A stretch of 64,000 bases of DNA from Cytophagales bacterium (GTDB taxonomy: Bacteria; Bacteroidota; Bacteroidia; Cytophagales; JAAEPT01): NCBI GenBank assembly GCA_965224495.1, contig CBDCZI010000025.1:32586-96585 (forward strand), written 5' to 3'. Below the pieces are notes generated by a model. The model was not told the DNA's origin. It was given only the letters and a program-made list of their open reading frames with translations, and ran no database searches. Both the position numbers and the translations under genes were made by a program. Position 1 is the stretch's first letter. Each line of letters starts with the position of its first letter. Below, one piece after another: positions 30,757 through 37,597 of the stretch.

Positions 30757-33207
30757 ATGAAAACAATGTTTTTTTATTTATTGATGATAGGCACTTTGCT
30801 ATTCTCAACTGCGGTTTCGGCTAATCCTAATGATTCAACTGTAGCTACTGCTGCTGAAATGTCATTGGAAAGCATCCAAAAATCAGTAAATCTTTCTGGT
30901 TTTGATTATCTATTTACGAATGATGTAGATACTTTAACGTTAAAAGCATTTTCTATAGGTGAATTAGCATTCAAATGGGATGGCCTTGAATCAGGAGACT
31001 CTTTTATTGGTTTTAAGTTTAGAGCTGATGACAATGATAATTGGACGGAAGCTGTGATTGAATCTTCAGCAAAGGAAATTATTTTCAATAACATTGACGA
31101 AAATAAAATGTTTGAATTAATGATAGGATCAGGACATAATGCCGGTTCAATTATATACGACAGCATGGTCCATCATGTTAATTCATTCGGAGAAACCATG
31201 TTTAAAAGTAATCAAGCAGAAGGTAAAGAAGAGGCTGTTACTATTACATGGGGAATTGAAAATGATCTTTTACAATCTATTTTAACTGTTTACCCGAAAG
31301 CTTCTTTTACATTAAAATATAATACTAAGATTGGAAAAAAACAACATAAAGCGGATAAAAGAAAAGCACCTTGGACAGTTGTTGAGGACATTTCAATTAA
31401 TAAAGTTTCCCATAAAATTAAAGAGCTTTCTGGAGGCGAAAACTATGTTTATAAAATTGGGGTTGAAATTGGAGATAAAACAGTTTGGGGAAAAGGAAGT
31501 AAGTTTGAAACAGAACGTGTTTGGGGCGTGTTTAAGATGCTTGTTTTAATTGGTGCATTGGGTATGTTCATCTTTGGAATGAAAATCATGTCAGAAGGCC
31601 TTCAACAGGCTGCTGGATCAAGTTTGCGGAATATGCTTGGACGAATTACTTCAAATCGATTTAAAAGTGTGTTGTCTGGTGTAGGAATTACATCTGTCGT
31701 CCAGTCCTCCTCCGTCACAACAGTGATGGTAGTAAGTTTTGTTAATGCAGGGTTGATGACTTTGAAACAGTCAGTAGGTGTAATGATGGGCGCTAATATT
31801 GGGACTACAATGACTGCATGGTTAATTTTAGTGTTTGGATTTAAAGTGAGCATTAGCTCATATGCATTAATACTAATTGCCTTTGGGGCGCCAATGTTGT
31901 TTTTTACTAAAGGGAAAATTAAGATTTGGGCGAGTGTAATTATTGGATTTGCCTTATTATTTATGGGACTTGGTGAATTGAAAGATGCGGTGCCGAGTTT
32001 AGGTGTTGATTCTGGCTTAGTTCAGTTCTTTATTGAATACAAAGATTCTGGAATTTTAGGCACATTAATGTTTATTGGATTGGGAACAATAGTGACTGTT
32101 GTTATTCAGTCTTCCTCTGCTGCAATGGCTTTAACTATGACAATGGTTGCTGGTGGTGTACTTCCTTTTGAAGTTGCTGCGGCAATGATACTTGGTGAAA
32201 ATATAGGGACAACAATTACAGCTCAACTTGCTGCACTTATTGGTAACGTCCATGCAAAGAGAGCTGCAAGAATTCACGCTTTGTTTAATGTCATAGGTGT
32301 TGTTTGGATGGTGCTTGTGTTTCACTATTTCTTAAAAGGGATTGCCTATTTTATGGAAGGTGACCCATTTAATAATCCTGAAGCTGCGAATGTAGGAATT
32401 GCAATTTTCCATACAGCCTTTAATTTAGCTAATGTATTGTTATTGATTTGGTTTACGCCAAAATTAGTTTCTATGGCTGAGAAGAGTGTTCGTTCTAAAG
32501 GAGCTGCAGATGAAGAGTTCCACTTAGATTATATTGGAACAGGGATGATGGGAACACCTGATTTATCAATTTTAGAAGCTAAAAAAGAAGTCGCGAAATT
32601 TGGTGGTATTACGAGTAGAATGTCAGGTTTCACACAATCACTTTTAACGGAACAGAATTCTAAAGTCAAATCAAAACTATATACGAAAATTGCGAAGTAT
32701 GAAGAAATTACCGATAGAGTAGAGATCGAGGTCGCTAATTACCTAGCACAAGTATCTAAAGGTGAAATGACGGATGATACGGCCTATAAGGTTCGTGCAA
32801 TGAACAGTATTGTTAACGACCTAGAAAGAATTGGTGATATTTTTTACCAAATTTCGAAAAGTATAGAGCGTAAGGATGAAGAGAAGATTTGGTTTGTACC
32901 AGAACAAAGGGAAAGTTTATTAGAGATGTTTAAATTAGTAGATGATGCTTTTGATATAATGGTTGAAAATCTTGATTCTGATTGGGGTGGTGTATCTATT
33001 GAGCCAGCAAATGATGCTGAAACTATAATCAATAGAAAAAGAGATAAAATGAAACAAGAACATTTATCTAATTTGAATAAGAAAGACTTTAACTTGGAAA
33101 GTGGAATGATCTTTAGTAACATTTTTTCACTGTGTGAGAAAGCAGGTGATCATATTATAAATGTGTCCGAAGCAGTTGTAGGGCCGCCACACCCTGTGAG
33201 AAAGTAA
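30757..33207 (+). CDS. Na+/phosphate cotransporter (NptA/SLC34-like) with C-terminal PhoU-like domain and a ~250-aa N-terminal extracytoplasmic extension
   Basis: 816 aa. The duplicated QSSS motifs typical of Na/Pi-II transporters are present (VVQSSSVTTVM and VIQSSSAAMAL). The C-terminal helical region (ITDRVEIEVANYL...VNDLERIGDIFYQI...EKAGDHIINV) is PhoU-like. The N-terminus has a signal peptide plus ~250 soluble residues. Confidence 0.8.
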   Translation: MKTMFFYLLMIGTLLFSTAVSANPNDSTVATAAEMSLESIQKSVNLSGFDYLFTNDVDTLTLKAFSIGELAFKWDGLESGDSFIGFKFRADDNDNWTEAVIESSAKEIIFNNIDENKMFELMIGSGHNAGSIIYDSMVHHVNSFGETMFKSNQAEGKEEAVTITWGIENDLLQSILTVYPKASFTLKYNTKIGKKQHKADKRKAPWTVVEDISINKVSHKIKELSGGENYVYKIGVEIGDKTVWGKGSKFETERVWGVFKMLVLIGALGMFIFGMKIMSEGLQQAAGSSLRNMLGRITSNRFKSVLSGVGITSVVQSSSVTTVMVVSFVNAGLMTLKQSVGVMMGANIGTTMTAWLILVFGFKVSISSYALILIAFGAPMLFFTKGKIKIWASVIIGFALLFMGLGELKDAVPSLGVDSGLVQFFIEYKDSGILGTLMFIGLGTIVTVVIQSSSAAMALTMTMVAGGVLPFEVAAAMILGENIGTTITAQLAALIGNVHAKRAARIHALFNVIGVVWMVLVFHYFLKGIAYFMEGDPFNNPEAANVGIAIFHTAFNLANVLLLIWFTPKLVSMAEKSVRSKGAADEEFHLDYIGTGMMGTPDLSILEAKKEVAKFGGITSRMSGFTQSLLTEQNSKVKSKLYTKIAKYEEITDRVEIEVANYLAQVSKGEMTDDTAYKVRAMNSIVNDLERIGDIFYQISKSIERKDEEKIWFVPEQRESLLEMFKLVDDAFDIMVENLDSDWGGVSIEPANDAETIINRKRDKMKQEHLSNLNKKDFNLESGMIFSNIFSLCEKAGDHIINVSEAVVGPPHPVRK

Positions 33208-33224
33208 ACTAACCATTCCCATAT

Positions 33225-33248
33225 AAGGGAATATGTACATATTCCCTT
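33225..33248 (+). terminator. hairpin terminator after the Na/Pi transporter gene
   Basis: AAGGGAATATG TA CATATTCCCTT, an 11-bp perfect stem 18 nt after the stop, with a weak T tail. Confidence 0.5.
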
Positions 33249-33299
33249 TGTAGCTTTATTTCTAACCGAATTGTAGATTTAAAGTTGGTTTAAAAAATA

Positions 33300-34700
33300 T
33301 TCAATCATTATTTGTTGAAAAACTGAATTTATACTTAAGGTTTTCATTTATTTTACTCTTTTAGAGACAGTTTACACATTTATTTTCCTTATTGAACGCA
33401 ATTCTGCTAGTTCTAGCTTGTTTTAAGGCTTTAAATTGCATTTTTTTATCAATTTGAAGTCCTTTCCAAGACTCATCAGGTGTTAATCCTTTTAGCTCAC
33501 CGTGAGGCTTTTTGTAATTGTAATCATTCAAGAAGTATCTAAATGTTCTTTTCAAGTGTTTTAAGTCTCTAATTTCTTTTGGAAATAAATACCGATATTT
33601 TAAGGTCATATTCACTCTTTCAATCATTGAATTAGAATAATCAATATCTCTTAATGCGACTAGCTTTTGAATATTGATTTGAGATTGATTAATAAAATTA
33701 TCGACGTAAATATTATTGTTTTCAGGCCCACCATCAACAATCAATTTAACATTTAAGTTTTTAGTAAGTTTGGATGCTTTTTGATAGGCCTGTTCAATTA
33801 ATTTAGAAGTTATCCTTCCCATTACACGTTCTTGAATATCATAAGCTAGTATCTTTCTAGAAAAATTATCAATGAGTATGTAGACATAATATCGTTTACT
33901 GTCTAATGTTTTAACAACTGTAATATCTGTATGCCAAATTTGATTTGGAATACTCGCTCGAATCCCTTTTCTTCTTCTTTTCTTTCTCATCACTTTACCT
34001 TTATGTTTTCTGATTTCCAATAAGCGATTGACTTTGTAAAGTGTATCAATTGAAACAGACAAATATCCATTTCTAATGCCATGAAGTTGTACACTCTTCA
34101 TTGACCAGTGTAATGTTTTAGGATTCATTAAGGCAGATTTGATTTGTTTAATTTCAATAGGTGTTATTTGACTAGGGTATGATTTTAGACATTGTTTAAA
34201 AAAAGAACCATCACATTTAAATTTTGTATCAATTACCCACGAATGAAATGTACTTTTTGAAATATTAAAAACTTGTGTGGCTTTTTCAATAGAAATAATT
34301 CCTTTGACATTATTAATTGCATCAACCACTTGTTTTTTTGATTCACGCATGACTTTGCTATAATCTTTTGTTTTAGCAACAATCTTAACCATGCTTTTGA
34401 TTAATTTTCCATAGGCTTCAAACATTTTTGGAAACTGATTCAAAGTTTGAATCAGTTCTGTATGTTCATCTGCAATCTGATTAATTTTTGATCCAACATA
34501 TCGATCGTAATTATCATTTTTCCATCTATGTAAATTAGAAGTAGGTATTTCCTTGATATACTTTTCAGGTAGTAAATTATGAAATACTAATTCTTTAAGT
34601 GAAGTGTGATAAGATTGTCTGGTCATAATAATTACAAATATAGATGTTCCTTATAAGAGACAAATTAGGTCATAAAAATGAATCGGACTTAATTATTAGT
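33300..34700 (-). mobile_element. insertion sequence (boundaries approximate)
   Basis: Single transposase ORF with ~60-150 nt non-coding flanks. I could not identify convincing terminal inverted repeats by eye. Confidence 0.5.
33361..34626 (-). CDS. DDE (rve/integrase-core) transposase, IS3/IS481-like
   Basis: 421 aa. N-terminal HTH-like region, then IWHTDITVVK...YVYILIDNFSRKILAYDI, LIVDGGPENNN and SNSMIERVNMTLKYRYL...YNYKKPHGELKGLTPDE, which are typical rve-domain blocks. Confidence 0.8.
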   Translation of the reverse strand: MTRQSYHTSLKELVFHNLLPEKYIKEIPTSNLHRWKNDNYDRYVGSKINQIADEHTELIQTLNQFPKMFEAYGKLIKSMVKIVAKTKDYSKVMRESKKQVVDAINNVKGIISIEKATQVFNISKSTFHSWVIDTKFKCDGSFFKQCLKSYPSQITPIEIKQIKSALMNPKTLHWSMKSVQLHGIRNGYLSVSIDTLYKVNRLLEIRKHKGKVMRKKRRRKGIRASIPNQIWHTDITVVKTLDSKRYYVYILIDNFSRKILAYDIQERVMGRITSKLIEQAYQKASKLTKNLNVKLIVDGGPENNNIYVDNFINQSQINIQKLVALRDIDYSNSMIERVNMTLKYRYLFPKEIRDLKHLKRTFRYFLNDYNYKKPHGELKGLTPDESWKGLQIDKKMQFKALKQARTSRIAFNKENKCVNCL

Positions 34701-35015
34701 TGTAAATAGACTAGCTAAATAAGGTATTCCAAAAAACCCACTAAAGTAAAATATTAAAAAAGCAAAATATATAAATGCCATCCTATTTGACAGGGTGGCA
34801 TTTTGCTTTTATAATATTTTCCTGCCATCCCTTCTGTTTTTCTCATGCGTAACTACTCTGTCTTTTTCTTGCCAAACGCACTACAAAAAATGCTTAGAAA
34901 AGATAAGCATTTTGCCATCACCCAAAAAAGCCACCGTTACTCCGTGTTATGCTCGCCGCTTGGCTCCTCAAATTGTACACTTTCCCCTTGCTATATCCCG
35001 ACACTTTCCAACAGC

Positions 35016-35501
35016 CTAAGGCCCTGCCCAATACGGATGAAAGATATTAAGCTCTGTAATTGCAGAATCACTATTTATGTTTATTTCACCATATTGATTT
35101 GTTATTAGTGTGTTGGTACTTGTTTTGATTTCAATTCCTGGAATTGGAAATCCAGTCAGCATGTCTTTTATAACTAACAATGAATTTAATTCTTTATTAT
35201 CATTCCTTTCTTCTAGTTTGTATGTAGTAATATTTAAATATTGAGTCATTGTTTGTGTTATCTCCGAAGTATCAATATCATCAAAAATTAAAATTAATGA
35301 ATCATTTGTGTAATTATACCCCCCACTTCCATATGGAATTTCAAAATCATCACTCCATCTATAGTCATAGATTTCAAATCTTTGATTATTATGAATAATT
35401 AGAGATTGATTTCCCAATTTATATGTTCCTTGGATAAGCTGCTGACTATAACCTTTTATGCATAATAAGAATAATACGAAAAGAGACATTGATTTCATCA
35501 T
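35016..35501 (-). CDS. hypothetical secreted protein
   Basis: 161 aa with signal peptide MMKSMSLFVLFLLCIKGYSQ. The C-terminal part (VIKDMLTGFPIPGIEIKTSTNTLITNQYGEININ) resembles a carboxypeptidase-regulatory-like fold. Confidence 0.4.
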   Translation of the reverse strand: MMKSMSLFVLFLLCIKGYSQQLIQGTYKLGNQSLIIHNNQRFEIYDYRWSDDFEIPYGSGGYNYTNDSLILIFDDIDTSEITQTMTQYLNITTYKLEERNDNKELNSLLVIKDMLTGFPIPGIEIKTSTNTLITNQYGEININSDSAITELNIFHPYWAGP

Positions 35502-35821
35502 AGTAATATTTATATCGCAAAAATATAGAATATGTTACATGTCTTTTAGATTTCGAGAGGCGCGGGACCGCCGCTACGTCGCAAAATTTAGTCGCTTTTG
35601 CTTCTCTTAAAAAGGCTCTCAAAAAATAAAACGTTAGACTTGAGAAATGGAAATTACCGCCCTAAAAGGTGTCTAAAATTCGGTAGCTTTTACCAACTTC
35701 CTTGTTCAGTCAGTCCGAAAAAGCTACAAATAAAGATTCTATTAAAATATTCAACATCAAGTCAACAGTTCCATCTCGGTTGAACCGAGACCAAACTGTC
35801 ATTAACTTCTTTCTTCCACGT

Positions 35822-35865
35822 GCTACAAGGCCAGATCTTTGCCTGTTTGTAGCCTTATTTTTTTT
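35822..35865 (+). terminator. orphan rho-independent-terminator-like hairpin
   Basis: GCTACAAGGC ... GCCTGTTTGTAGC stem followed by CTTA and T8. No supported ORF lies upstream on this strand. Confidence 0.4.
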
Positions 35866-36051
35866 CGCAAGAGTAATGCGTTAATTTAAAATAGTCAAGG
35901 GTATATAAACTTCACTTCGTTACGCCCTTGTCTTATTTAAATCAACCCATTGAAGATAAAAGCAAAAAAAATATGGCTTCAATCATTCAAAAACAAAAAA
36001 ATAAAATTAAAAAAACATTAAAATGTTGTGCGGTTTGGTGTCCGTTTTACC

Positions 36052-36554
36052 CGGGCAATCAGTTAACAAGTTTAGATGTTTCTCAGAATACGTTTTTAGT
36101 TACCCTTTCTTGTAATGACAATCAGTTGACAACCCTGAATGTGAAAAACGGGAATAATACTCAAATAACTTGGTTTGTGGCTACAGATAATCCTAACCTA
36201 AGATGTATACTTGTTGATTCTCCTTCTTGGTCTTTATCTAATTGGTCTGCAATTGATAGTATGGCTTTTTTTACTGAAACTTGCGATTTATCTAATGACG
36301 AAACTCTAAGCTTGAAAAATAAATTATCGGCATATCCAAATCCCGCAAATGGTAAAGTAACAATTGACTTAAACAGGTTTTCGTCAATTGTAGAAATTAA
36401 ACTCTTTAATAGCTTAGGTCAATTAATCTTATCTCAGGATTTTAATAATACAAAGCAAGTCAGTTTTGAGATTGAAGGTCCAGAAGGGATATATTTTTTA
36501 AGATTGAATACCTATTCGGGGAAAAGTGGAATGATTAAGATCATTAAGGAATAA
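36052..36554 (+). pseudogene. 5'-truncated leucine-rich-repeat T9SS cargo gene
   Basis: ORF 35928-36554. Only from about aa 44 does it read as LRR (NQLTSLDVSQNTFLVTLSCNDNQLTTLNVKNG), then a T9SS CTD (LSAYPNPANGKVTIDL...GIYFLRLNTYSGKSGMIKIIKE). There is no signal peptide, and the first 43 aa are K-rich nonsense. Confidence 0.55.
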
Positions 36555-36709
36555 ATATCTGTTAATATTTAGATTTTCCAGCTGTCGTGCGTTTGTAACG
36601 CGTGCTCATTTTTTCTCACCACTACTCAAATAGTTTGTGAATGAATTACGTTTCTATTTTATTGTTTTCATATTGAGTTTATAATCAAAAAAACAAGTAA
36701 TTTGGAATC

Positions 36710-36814
36710 ATGTCAGAAAAATACAAAGTTGTGGATTCGAGCCGCCCAACCTTTATTACTTTAACCCCTCGCTGCCGCGCACTAGCGTGTGTAGTAATTG
36801 AAACATTGTATTGA
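36710..36814 (+). pseudogene. N-terminal remnant of a RayT/IS200-like Y1 transposase
   Basis: MSEKYKVVDSSRPTFITLT matches the usual RayT/PF01797 N-terminus (M-S-x-K-Y-K-x-x-D ... F-I-T-x-T, from memory). The text then degenerates (PRCRALACVVIETLY-stop). Confidence 0.4.
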
Positions 36815-36828
36815 ATCAAAATACGGGA

Positions 36829-37002
36829 CTTCGACTCCGCTCAGTCGCCTTTGTTTTGAGTAATAACGAACCCTGAGCGGAGTCGAGGGGTAAATTAAAT
36901 TACAAGCAAAATATTTTATAGGCTCTTCAATTTTTCTCTTGATCACTTTTTTTGTACTTGTTTTCTTATTATATGTTATAACGGACATTGAGCGGAGTCG
37001 AA
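36829..37002. repeat. REP-like GC-rich hairpin repeats (CGACTCCGCTCAG family)
   Basis: CTTCGACTCCGCTCAG (36829-36844) and CTGAGCGGAGTCGAGG (36873-36888) form a 15/16 inverted repeat with a 28-nt spacer. A third copy TGAGCGGAGTCGAA sits at 36989-37002. All are GC-rich islands in AT-rich DNA. Confidence 0.6.
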
Positions 37003-37597
37003 ATGTAAGAGGGTTTATTTTGAGAAATACAACATGTTTATGGCTGAAAGATTTCATATTCATTACAAATGCGTGCGAGTATAGAGTACAGTATGAATTA
37101 ATGATTAAAAAAAAATAGATTCAACTGGCGGACGTTTGCAACGTGTACTTATTTTCTAATAGTGATTACAAACAGTTGTTATTTGGATTATACAGATAGT
37201 GGAAACCGTTTCGATTGTAATAGAAACATTGTATCAAATCAGTAGAGCAGGCAATTCAATCCCACATCAGCTTAGTACTCTATGAAGTTATACTATTAAG
37301 ATTCTCAAATTCTCAAATGTCTACTTTTTGTCTACGCCATATTTTTTGAAAAAAACAAGAGTTCCTATAATTTTGCAGGTATCTATAACTGATCAATTAT
37401 TGTAATTGAGGATAACATGTTCGTGGTTTTAATCTAATTACAACGAAGAGTAGCGTGAAGAGTAGTTTAAATATTGAGTTAGGGTATGGTCTGATACTAA
37501 TACAGAGTATGTAAAAGATACTAGAGGTAAGAAGTACAGAATAATGGATCAGTATTTTGAAAGAGAATTTATTTAATAACAGAAATGTATATACAGT

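Noticed and set aside
34795-35108. Two overlapping plus-strand ORFs (74 and 87 aa).
   Set aside because: They lie in the hairpin-rich junk region next to the IS. They are Cys/Pro/Ser-rich nonsense and overlap the 3' end of the better-supported minus-strand gene 35016-35501.
36555-37300. Possible CRISPR array, because short sequences recur in a non-coding region.
   Set aside because: The repeats differ in length and orientation, their spacing is irregular, there are only 2-3 copies, and the window has no cas genes. A REP/RayT remnant explains them better.
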